Source: Amoeboaphelidium protococcarum X5 (lineage: Eukaryota; Fungi; Aphelidiomycota). From it: DNA of 64,000 nucleotides. The position numbers and the translations under genes are program-made. Below, in pieces: positions 26,046-37,138 of this stretch (its first letter is position 1; each line of letters starts with the position of its first letter). The notes beneath the pieces are model-generated. The model was not told the DNA's origin, did no database searches, and was given only the letters and a program-made list of their open reading frames with translations. The stretch covers positions 1 through 64,000 of the forward strand of contig JALDTO010000237.1 in NCBI GenBank assembly GCA_023515725.1, written 5' to 3'.

Positions 26046-27727
26046 TCATTCTGGATAAGGAATCAGAATCGCATGCTACTCAATATCTTGGGGTGGTTAT
26101 TTAGTAAACGAGCGGTAATACAAAGGAGGCAGTAACCAATAGAGTCTGTTGGCTCCTCCGAGCATAGCTAAATCATCTCTAGCACCACCTTTAATTTCAT
26201 GCTTCCTTCCCACTGTCATTTGAAATGCGCCAATTCCAGGAATCCAGGCGTCGATTGCTGCGCAGTTCTTAGTTTTCGGCACGTAGAGCTAATTACGTGT
26301 CTGGTTGGGCATAACCTTGTCCACAACTGTTTGATTCGACGAAGGAATGTCCAGTATCGTCTCCTCCTGTCTGAATCTTTGGCAGCCGTGTACCAACTCT
26401 CGGCACTTAAAAACACCACCCTTTTCGAGTAATTCAATAGCATACGGCTCGAAAATATATCCACACAGCGCAGAAGTAAGAGGATTCCATTTGCAAGAGG
26501 CAATAAGGTCACACATTCTACGCATGGCTTCTTTCCCCTAACGTCGAACAATTATATCCAGGGCTGTTTGAGATGCATAGCACACAGAGGAACTTGTGTA
26601 CGGAGCAGTAGATGTAATGTGTACCAAAAAAATGAATAGCCTCCGATTTTTCGTGATGGTAGAGTCCATGCTTATCTTTAAAATGCAATCGCCTAATGAG
26701 TGATCGGTACATGCAACTTCAAGCATCTCTGTCGGAGATTCAGTGGTGACTTCCAACACGTGCCGACCAAGAATTTGATAACGCTCACGCCATACATCAT
26801 TAGCATTAGGAAAATACGGTGCAATAGCCTTCAGTTCAGCCTCGGTCCACGTTGGTATGTAATAAACTTGGGGCACAGGAGGTTTTTGGAAATCGTACAC
26901 CATTTCTCGTCGAGGGGAGGTCGACAAGATGAATTTACACAGTTCATGTGGTAGTAAGTTCAGGTCGCCAACTGATTTGAATTTAGCATCAAATAAGCAC
27001 CAGAGCGAATCGTTCCAAAACGAACGGTCAATAGAAAGAGGCAGATGTCCATGGGCAAAATGAAAACACCTCCTTTTCCATCAAAGTAAATGTTGAACGG
27101 ATGATAAATGAAGAGAACACGCTTCCCTTCCCTGGCCAATATCGATAAAAGGTAAATAAGGAAGAGCGACTTGCCAATGCCAGGAGTACCAGTGATGATT
27201 GCCTAGTTGATGCCAGGATAGAAACTCGATGCTATTGTTCGATAGCTTTCGCGTATGAACAGACTTCTTAAAGAAGTGGACGGGATAGTATGTTCAAACG
27301 AAATCGATCCATCAGATTCCGTAGCGTTGCCAATGCTGTTGAAGAATGGAACGCCGCAAAGTGGAAAGGAAGAAGATTGGGTTTCGGATCGCCGGATAGG
27401 CAACGGGACGACGACAACGAGCATGTCTTCTTCGCTTCCTAAACCGTCAATGAGAAAGTCTTCTTCTAACGGTTCTTCCTTTCCATCATCAACGGCAGCA
27501 TTTCTCATGTCAAAAGCAGCTTTGTTCTTGAAGACGAGTAGAGTACTGGATGGGATGTCCTAGAGGTAGTTCGGTAAGTCGTACTTGAGTTGGACCGCAT
27601 CTCGAAACTGAGCAATGAAAGAGCCAGGTGGAAGAGAAGAGCGTAAAACTGAGGTGGCAAATGTGCCCCTGTAAGGCTCCCCAGTAACACCGTCCAAGAG
27701 TAGAAACCAAACGAGAGGAGAAGACAT
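26046..27727 (-). pseudogene. Crinkler (CRN/CR) effector: Ub-like header + P-loop NTPase + REase, frameshifted
   Basis: Header VWFLLLDGVTGEPYRGT...LLVFKN...LVVVVP. Walker A IITGTPGIGKS. REase GYIFE...AAIDAW...FQMTVGRKH. Frameshift near 27065 (the frames at 27203 and 26927 differ). Confidence 0.85.
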
Positions 27728-28133
27728 AGATTACTATTGATGCTGAGTGTGATGGACGAAATTTTTCACCTTTTTGTTGTTGTTGAAGAAAAGAAAACTT
27801 AAGTCTTTTTCTTCTGCCTGCTGGTGAAGGTGAATTGAACGACTTGAATATATTCACTAGTGTAATGGAATAGCCTTAAAAAACTTTTTTAAAAAGATTC
27901 CAGCTCCCGGTATGACTGCTGTATTTACTGTCTTTCTGGCTTTCAAGGATCAAACAGCGTATGAAACGCGACGCGTCGGCCACAACAATGCAAGATCGAA
28001 TCTGTTTTGTTTCAGACGCGTCTATCGTTTCTAATATGAGCGTCATAACAATTGCAATTGTTCTTCATTCATTCATGAGTATAAGATAGTGCTGCAATAA
28101 AATTTGATATTTTTATTGAGCATAGTGCTTAAG

Positions 28134-29462
28134 ATGGAAGATTAATTCTAGTATGTTCCACCTCTGCCTCCAAAAAGGAATACATCATTGGTTGTGTAAA
28201 TGAATGACATTGAAGTTTCCTCTTAATCACCTCAGTCATAGTCCCATAGCAGATGCAGCACTGTGGTTTCTTCTTTAAGTACCACATAGTGTAGTGGGCG
28301 CAGAATATCAGTTCCTAGGAAGCCTGTCAGTGCTATAAGAACTTCGGAAGAAGATTAGGATACTGTGTAATTGCAGAGCTAACATTAAAGTGTCATGTCA
28401 AGATTCACGGCCGAGGAATGTAAAAACACTGTGTAAATTTTGAAAGAATCGTCCACCATTGTTGAAGGAGGAATCCCATTGAACACGATACTATCCGGAA
28501 CTTCGAAGAAAGGTCAGCTGGCGTAGGATCTGGCTACTTCAGAAGCCTTTTTATCTGCATAGAGTTATAATTCTGTCAATGATATTGAGAGAGAGGAACG
28601 CAAGTTCATTCACCGTGACTAAATGCTTCTAGCACAAGAATACTTGAAGCAAGATGATTAATACCTGGGAAAGTATTTCCTGCGCCTGGTGAATTATGTT
28701 AGTAAGATTGATAATGCGCCTGTTTATGATAAACTGGATAAAACTTATTTCTCGAGCTGGAAGCAAAGCTACAAATAACTGTAGATGGTTGATGAAAATT
28801 TATCTTGTTTGAAGTTAAAGTATGAAAAGGAGAAAAAGTTTCGCAATGCTGCTCTGCAAATGCTTCAGCTGTACACCTCATCAAAGCCTATATCTCTATC
28901 ATCTAGCTCTGGTAAAGTCAATTCTACTAAATCCAAGCCTTCTTACATTGCGCGTAAGAACAAAAGAGGAGAATCTAACAAAGACGCTGAATATCACCGC
29001 AGTGATTAAATGTCTCAACACTCACAGCCAAGCTTCACCGAAGATTCTGGCGTGTTAAAATTGGGCAGATTTGGCGGTGGCAGTAAGCATCAGGACGCCG
29101 AGGCAATCATGGCTGCGACTGAGGCATACTTTGAATCAACTGGTAATCTTTATGAGTTGGGCGAGCAGATTATCCAACTGCAGGAGTTGAAAACAGAACT
29201 GAATGACCAGATATGGTTCCCAATCAATAATTGCTGGCTCAGCGCTTACACTAACATGAAGAAGGATAAGTTTGAAGTTGAAATCGAGCTGAACCGGGCA
29301 AGAAATATTCTGAACAGTTTGCAAAATGGTGATGGTGTTAATTCTACAGGTACGAGGAGCAAATCTTTTGTGCACACCGCCGAATACAATGATTTAGCTT
29401 TGTAGCTTATGAAAGATAGGCAGATTCGCGCAATGGGAAATCTTTTTCAAAATCAAAGTTGA
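28134..29462 (+). CDS. Coiled-coil protein with a Uds1/HR1-like segment
   Basis: One frame under TAR=Q. LKLKYEKEKKFRNAALQMLQLY resembles the fungal 'up-regulated during septation' motif. Confidence 0.6.
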
Positions 29463-29514
29463 GTTCTCTTCAAAGATAAAACTACCTTACCATTGAACGA
29501 ATTTAATAAAAATC

Positions 29515-30392
29515 ATGTTTATAACACGCCCTTTGTTTAAATCTATCCATCAGAGTGGAAAGAATAAAGTAGGACCACGCGTCATAAACAGCAATGCCGT
29601 TAAAAGTGCCAAAGATGCAGCAAAGTCCATCCTGTACGAAACACCTCTTGAATTTGCACCTCCGACCTTCAAGCGGCATATATTGTCAGCGCTTGTCACC
29701 AATGAGCCTGGAGTATTATCGCGGTAAGTTTTACAGTCAGCGAATAAGTCAACATTAATCGATCAATGACGCGTTTGTATTTTGTATATGAGTGTAGAGT
29801 TTCTGGAGTTTTGGCAAGTAGAGGATTTAATATAGAGTCGCTGGTAGCGTGCGCCACTGAAGTGCCAGATCTATCACGAATGACAATTGTTATTAGAGTA
29901 GAGACCAAGCCACAGTAGTAATATTAAAGTGCTGGTTCTTCATTTTAGTAAATGCCGATGAGTAGTAGGGGCGACAGTGTTGTGGAATAGGCACGTAAAC
30001 AGCTGGAAGATCAGGTTGCCTGCTGGGGAGTGTTGGATTATACAGATGTGAGTTTGATAGAACGAGAGCTACTGCTGCTCAAAGTGGAAATGAACCATGA
30101 GACTGCTATAGAGACGCAGCGGTAGTCATTGATCGAACTGACTAAGCTGTTTGGTGGTAAAGTTGTAGATGTTCATCCCACGTAAATGATTATTGAGTTG
30201 TCCGCAAAGAAGCGCAGAATTGACGCTTTTATTGGCATAATCAAAAGTGCAGATGTTGGAGATGTGAAGGAAATAGTTCGCAGCGGGCTGGTAGTTATTC
30301 CAAGGACTGTCATACCGAACATTGATGATTAAGATGATACGGCAGATGATGAGAATTCGTCTGTAGATTCCACGATGTTACCACCTGGTTGA
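29515..30392 (+). CDS. ILV6: Acetolactate synthase regulatory (small) subunit
   Basis: NEPGVLSR|VSGVLASRGFNIESLV...DLSRMTIV with intron 29724-29797. IERELLLLKV. C-terminal LPPG. Confidence 0.93.
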
Positions 30393-30450
30393 AATATAGT
30401 AATCATCTAAGGCCGCTTTACAATGCAACAAAAATAAAATTATTACGTGT

Positions 30451-31065
30451 TCATAAATATTTCTTACCCAGCAATCGTATTTTTGAGTCCAGTTAATTGT
30501 AGAAAGCGACCGGTACTTGTACAGAAGAGTTTAAGTCCACAAAGGGATTCAACATGCATCGGATGAGTAACTCATGAACATCCTGCATAAACTGCTTAAC
30601 ATCATCATCCTTAACTTGATTCTTACTTGAACTAGATCCGCCCAATCGTAGCGAATCTGTTGCGGATGCTCCACTACCACCCAATGCACTTGATAAGGCT
30701 GATTAAATCTGATCCGCATTCACAGTTAGCAGAAGGAACTTGAGAGCAGAGCCAGGCGTCACGTATCCGTAGATGTTATAATTCTCACCGCTAAGTGAAG
30801 TTCTTTCAATACATCGCTGGAAGGTGGAAGTATTAAATAATTCATCGAGAGTATCCAGTGCGCCATAAATCAGAGCTTGATACACAGACTTTCGCTATTG
30901 ATTCAAACTAGATTCCAACTCATACACGGGAACATCTTTACCATTGACGACGACAAAATAATAACTCAAGTTCTTGCTAGATGCGGCGGCAGCAAACTGT
31001 TACTACTACTACTTTGAAGATTTACTCCCTGCAGAAAGCGAAGAATTGAAAATTGTAGTATCCAT
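30451..31065 (-). CDS. TRAPPC2: TRAPP complex sedlin-family subunit (Trs20/TRAPPC2-like)
   Basis: YYFVVVNGKDVPVYE, GALDTLDE, YGYVTPG..KFLLL, VKQFMQDVHELLIRCMLNPF, KIRLLGKKYL. Confidence 0.8.
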
Positions 31066-31254
31066 TATTTTATAAAAACCGTTGTGATAAGCAGACAAAT
31101 AAGGCTCGCCCGCAAAGCTCTCGATAGTGCTCGGCAAGCAGTAAAACCAAACCGGGAAAATTGACAAAATTCAGAAGGACTACCCCTTTATACTCTTTGT
31201 ATTTGATAGATTTACCGTGATAAATAAACTTCAATTGCTGTATCAATCTGTATC

Positions 31255-32391
31255 ATGATCTTCAATAAATTCTACGTGGTGATATTGCTATGCATAGTGA
31301 TGAATTAGTTGATTAAATGCGCCCAGGAAGGAAGAGCGAAAACTGAGCGGTAGCTCTAAAGAGAAAAGGCGCTCTATGAACAAACGCGAGATGCCCATCC
31401 AGGATTTGATATCCTGGTGGATAACTTGAAGAATTACCGAGATCTGCGTATGATCATTCTACCTATGTACTAAAGAAATGATTAAACTCTGCGAGGCCAG
31501 TTGGTATCACTCACTCCTAATCACTTGATCTTATTGAATAGCGCGTTTGGGGAGCTGAAAAAGGACTTGGTTGTTGTGGATGAAGCTGCGGAGTCTAGAA
31601 GAAGGCGAAGTTCACAACTAGTATCCCCGATCACTCTATTGCAATAGAATATCATAGCCGACTATGTTCAAGTTATGAAGGAGGATATAGTACCGAAAGA
31701 AGATTTTAAAGATTAGATTGAACTATTGCAGAAGTTAGCTCTGTAGCACGTAGAGCCGCTCTTATTGCATCTGAGGTTGAGAGACATAGATGAGCCCGCG
31801 CAGGAGAGAAATGAATATTACGATTTTTTTGACATTAGTCACCATGATCGCAATGCTTCGTTTCGATAATAATTTGCATAAATGTCCGCAATTCTAGGTG
31901 TCATGAGAGATTACTTGATGCCGCAATATCCGCTGACTTAATCTCTAATCTATAAGCTCCTCAGGACTTTCAAGCGCTATTAAGAAATTCATAATTTTGT
32001 CATTGAGATGACTGAAGTAAGACACCTTCTTTACATGTACTCAATTGATGCACCGAAATTGGAACACTTGATCCAATAATCTCTCGTTAATCATGTTCCT
32101 ATCATAGATATCGCTGTCAACATACTGGATCAATGTGCGCAGGTAACGCTTTACAGATTGAATCCATAAAGTATATGGTCGAGATGGCATCAATATATGG
32201 TTGGTCACACTGGTCTATTTAAGCAGCTGTCTCCTGATAGGCGCGCCAAGTTCATGACTGAAGTGACAAAGCCCCAAAAGTCAGTCTCTTTGATATCCCG
32301 CGCTCGATAGAAGAAGAAACTACCATCAATACTTGAAGATTTTGAAGTAGTCAACAAAGTAAATGTGAGATCTCCGTATGTTCGCTGGTGA
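31255..32391 (+). CDS. Secreted hypothetical protein (~378 aa)
   Basis: Hydrophobic N-terminus MIFNKFYVVILLCIVMNQLIKCA. Uninterrupted frame under TAR=Q. Confidence 0.65.
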
Positions 32392-32504
32392 TTGATTGAA
32401 ATAGATTGAACTTTAAATTGAGTTGTGCTTTACCATAGTTTCTTCTTTTGCGTTTTAAGCTTTGATTTCACCGCTGCAAAAACGTGTAATTTCATACGGC
32501 CATT

Positions 32505-33293
32505 ATGAGTGCTCAATTACCTCCAAATCTATAAAAGCTATTTACTCCGCGGCCTAATCTTAATTACATTACATAGCCGTGTACAGATCGACGGTTATCA
32601 TCGAGGACTACGTAATAACATTTGGGAGTAGCGCAGTACTTGAAGTATGTTGGATTCGATGATCAATATTAGCCATCTGAGGCACCATTGTAAAGAAAGC
32701 GCCGCGTAAGGGAAGAGAGAATAAAGCGAGCATAGTCAGAGCTCTAAAGGCAGTTGAAAGAGTATGATCCATACAAGCTGGCGGAAAGTGCTATGGTTGT
32801 GGACTCATCTCTGGATTACGATGGTGATGGAGATGCGGAGGATTTGGAAGAGGGAGAAGTTCTGTTGAAGCAACTCAGTTCCAATCCTTACAGCACGCTA
32901 TTCGTTGGTAATATACCTACGCGGTCGACAGAAGAAGATATAAAAGGGATATTTGATAAATTTGGTGATTGTAAAGTATTTCGAATCAAAAAGCCTAATG
33001 GAGTTGTGAGGCCTTACGCGTTCATTGAGTATGACAATGAAGAGTCTTTGAAGCGAGCGTACCATTCGATGCACACTAACAATCCATCTATACACGGTCA
33101 GTAACTGTTAATTGATGTGGAACGAGGAAGAACTGTACCTGACTGGAAGCCACGTAGACTGGGTGGTGGTATTAAATCTAAAAAGCAGGCGTCTGTGTCT
33201 AACAATAATAGCAGGCGAGGATCATCATCTGTTAAACGTTCGCGTCACTCTATTACTGATGATACCGGAAGGCATAATAAGCGGCGACATTGA
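32505..33293 (+). CDS. SNRNP70: U1 snRNP 70K protein
   Basis: N-terminus MSAQLPPNLQKLFTPRP. RRM (NPYSTLFVGN, RPYAFIEY). IDVERGRTVPDWKPRRLGGG. Confidence 0.9.
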
Positions 33294-33342
33294 AATATTG
33301 TGATTAGTGACACAGAGTAATATATTGACTGTATTCGATCAT

Positions 33343-34085
33343 TCAATGGTCAGATTTGAATTGAACTTCACCAATAAACTGATCGAGAAAATTGAGCATA
33401 AAATCGTGACGCTACTGCGCCATGGCTCTACCACTCTCAGTCTTCATCATATCCTTTAGTTTCAAAAGCTTCTCATAGAAGTGGTCCAGCGTTGCTTCGC
33501 TATAACTGGTAGTGCTCTAATCCAAAGGATATACTGTGTCAGGATTATAGAGCGGTCTATTACGAGCACCTCCAAAAGTAAATGTTCTGACAATCCCTAT
33601 GGCGCCAATAGCATCCAGTCTGTCTGCGTCTTATACAATCGCTAGTTCAGGTGTCATATCAATGTGTATACCCGATTATATACGCTTCTTCTCCTTACTG
33701 AAAGACACGTTCTCCACCACATAGAGCACTTACGCAATCAGCGAGCTGTCACATTCAAGATCTCCCAAGTGCTTACTAATCACGCTCACAGCCTCTCCTT
33801 CCCTACATAGTCAATGTGGTACCAAATGTCATCAGCGATCTAATGTTATACAACTAAAACGTACTCTGTAGAATATTTAGCATCTCCAACATCGTGCAAT
33901 AAGGCGCCGAGTTGAACAATCATCAGGCTGATATTGGCATTGGTGACCGACTCTTGGCGATACAGTTCCATAGCTAGAGTATACACGCGTTCAACATGCT
34001 GATAATCATGCGATGGGTCATACGACTTTTCTTCAAAGTACTGACGCACAAAGTTCTTGGTCTTTTCAACTATTTCTTGTGTCAT
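33343..34085 (-). CDS. HD-domain metal-dependent phosphohydrolase (YedJ/YpgQ-like)
   Basis: [54 protein letters not shown]. Intron 33803-33864. Confidence 0.9.
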
Positions 34086-34751
34086 TTCATCAAAAAGTTA
34101 TTGGTATGGAGGTTAAAAAGTAAAGTACATGAGTCGCGTACTTCGTCAACTTCATCATCTGGCTTATGTAATATTGTAAACTCTCATTAATGCTACTTTA
34201 TAATACAGAAAAGAATGAGGAAAATTGAATTTAAAACATTTGAAGGTATAAAAATGTTGAAGTTCAGATCGAAAAGTTAATAAAGATACTGTTGAGTACA
34301 AAATTGGAAATGAAGTCTGTATCAAATGCATGAAGCTCTTTTATACATTCATCTGGTATAAAGAGTGATTATATTTGATTGTTTTTTTTTACGCCAGCGG
34401 ACTGCAGACTGAACCATTTAAGGCGATTCGTCCGTTATTAAAGCTGGCGAGTAAGAAATTCAATTGAGAAAAAGAAACCGAAAATGATGCGCGTCAATAA
34501 ATTGTCATTTGATCTGATTTCAACCGAAGTCGTTTTGTCTGGTTTCGTTTCATTTCGGCCCGTCTCGTCGTTTCAGATCCGATTAGTTTTTTCAAAATTC
34601 ACGAGTCGAAAGCGATTGCCATGGTAATTGCCGATAATGATTATGACGAGTTTAAACGTTTAAGGATCTGAAAATTATAATCAAACTCTTGTCTTACCTT
34701 TTACTTATCTCAGAAGAACTCCTTATCATTAATACACACTTAAGTTTGAGC

Positions 34752-35857
34752 ATGTATTAGATAAGAGGGAGTTTTGTTTTCATATCAGCTCTAATAGCAC
34801 TGATCTAAGCACACATCTATGATGTCACTGTTGATGACTAGCTGATCTTTGGTTCAGAATCTCTCTATAGTCAGTTTGATACGTGTTCAGCGGTTGAAAC
34901 TGCAGATCCATGTTACAACTAAACGGCCGGCGCTGATTGTACATCACCGATAGATGTTTCTGGTGTCAGCGCGTAAGCATATCTTATAAACATTGTCATT
35001 CATTAGCATCTAAATCATAATCGAAATAATTTTGTAGAAAATATTTGAGAAAGCCTCCAGGAAACAAAAATTGGGCGATTAGAGACTCCTCCGCTGGAAT
35101 TAGATTAGGATACGGTAGAGTGTTAGACAGAAAGCCGTCCGACTCTGGTGCAACATTTAGAGGTAATCATGATATGGGTATGCATGATGGATCGTGTATG
35201 TATTGGAAGAATGGTAGACTTGGATTTGTACATCCAGGCTTTAACGAGTACTTGGTCGGTGTTGGATCGGGCTTTTGGGATAACTCTAATTCATGTGGCT
35301 AATGTCTGCTTGTTTACAATCCAAAGAATAGACGCTCTGTGGTATCCGTGATCACTGATTATTGTCCTGCTTGTGCCAGATTTTAGCTTGATATTCACGT
35401 TGCTGCTTCTGCGTTTCTTGCTGGCGGCTATCCACATAACTCAGTTCCATACAAGGGCGGACCAGAGAACTTTTAGCATCTGCAAGTTAAGCGCGTCGAA
35501 TGTGACTGGAAAGGCGAGAAACTGAGCTATTTCTTTGATACTGGTTCTAATCGCTTCAATTGGTACGTCATAATCTCCTTCCTGACCGTTCCCGCTTAGA
35601 AAATAGTGGCCGAGAACCAAAAGACGCGCGAGTAGATAACCGGTAAGCATGACAAGTATGGTCGCTGGGTGTTCTCGTGGAAGAGTGGCAAAGGAGGTGC
35701 CGGTAATTACAATATCTGGATTCACACTCGTAACACCAAGGTTGTGAAAGATGTGATATACTGGAATGATCGCACATTTTCTAACATCAAAGGCAGAACG
35801 TTCATCCCACTAAGTGCTCGCGCCTAAAACATACGTAACTGGCCTATGCAAGGGTGA
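34752..35857 (+). CDS. Secreted expansin-like protein 1 (DPBB + CBM63-like)
   Basis: Signal peptide; intron 34973-35037. GSC...WDNSNSCGQC...VITDYCPAC..FQLD, VEC, then aromatic-rich GSNRFNWY domain. Confidence 0.8.
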
Positions 35858-36113
35858 TCATATTTGAATTTAATGTTTTTTATAAAGTATTGCATGTTTT
35901 ATGGGAAACGCTTCTTTTGTAATTAATCTCTTTGAACGCGGCATAGTTCATTTTCGAATTACTGTACAGTAGGTGGGTTGTCACAGCAACCACATTAAGA
36001 AACCATATTCTCGGTTCCAATTATAGCTCCGTAACATCATCTCTAATTACACATTCTTCCCATCATCACTATTTTAAAATTTATTAATAATACGGTTATA
36101 GACATATTATTCA

Positions 36114-37106
36114 ATGATACCTCAAGTTTCACTTGTAGTACTTATTTGTGTGATAGCCATTCACTGTCGATCAGATCAGCACGTTTTATAATCTCAGAAT
36201 GATGAAACAAAAGACAATCGAGATTAAGACTCAGTGGCGGTGATTGTGGGAACTGGAAAACTATAGAAATAAGCATTTGTAGGAATTCCTCCGGCAAATA
36301 CAAATTGGGCAATCTTGGATTTATCATCCGCCATTAGACTGGGATATGGTAAGATTCTCGCGTCCAAACCGACTGTTACAGGAGCAACGTTCAGACACGC
36401 CGATAACATGGGAGGATTAGATGGTTCGTGTATGTACTGGAAGAACAAAAGACTGAATTTTGTTGATCCTGGATACAATCCTTATTTGATTGGAGTTGGT
36501 GCTGCTTTATGGCACGGGTCAAAATCATGCGGACAATGTTATCTAATTCAGAATCCAGCTACGAACCGATCGGTTACAGTGATGATCACCGATTACTGCC
36601 CAGAGTGCTCGAGGCATCAGCTGGACATGAATTCAGCTGCATCCGCTTTTCTGTCTGGAGGACCGAGTTATCTTGATATCCCGTATCATCCTCGAGGAGG
36701 GCCGCGTAATTACAACAAGCTTCTCACTTGGCCAGTTGAGTGCGATTGGAAGGGATAGCGGGTGGGATATTTTTTTGACAATGGATCGTCCAGATTTAAT
36801 TGGTATATTATTTTGTACTTTCTCAAGGTGCCCCTCAAAGATGTGCGCGTGGAATCAGTCATGGGCAATGGAACAACAATTAGTGCCGGAATCACGAGCC
36901 ACGACAAGTACGGCAGGTGGGTCGTATAATGGAGGAGAGGTGAAGGCGATGCTGGCCTGTATAAAGTGACAATGACCTCCGACACCAGAGCGACGCCTTT
37001 CATAGACTATGTCAGATGGAACGGAATTCACATGTAGAAAGTCAGCGGAACAATTCCTTTTAAGCTATCTGGTATCGCCAAAAATATTCCAAATTGGCCA
37101 TTATGA
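36114..37106 (+). CDS. Secreted expansin-like protein 2 (tandem paralog)
   Basis: Signal peptide MIPQVSLVVLICVIAIHC. GSC...WHGSKSCGQC...ITDYCPECSRHQLD, WPVEC, GSSRFNWY. Collinear with the upstream gene. Confidence 0.8.
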
Positions 37107-37138
37107 GTGCCGCCTATTCAATCATATTGTTTTATTAT

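Noticed and set aside
27966-28023. ACGCGT (MCB-like) elements
   Set aside because: The hexamer also occurs within coding sequence, so enrichment cannot be shown by eye.
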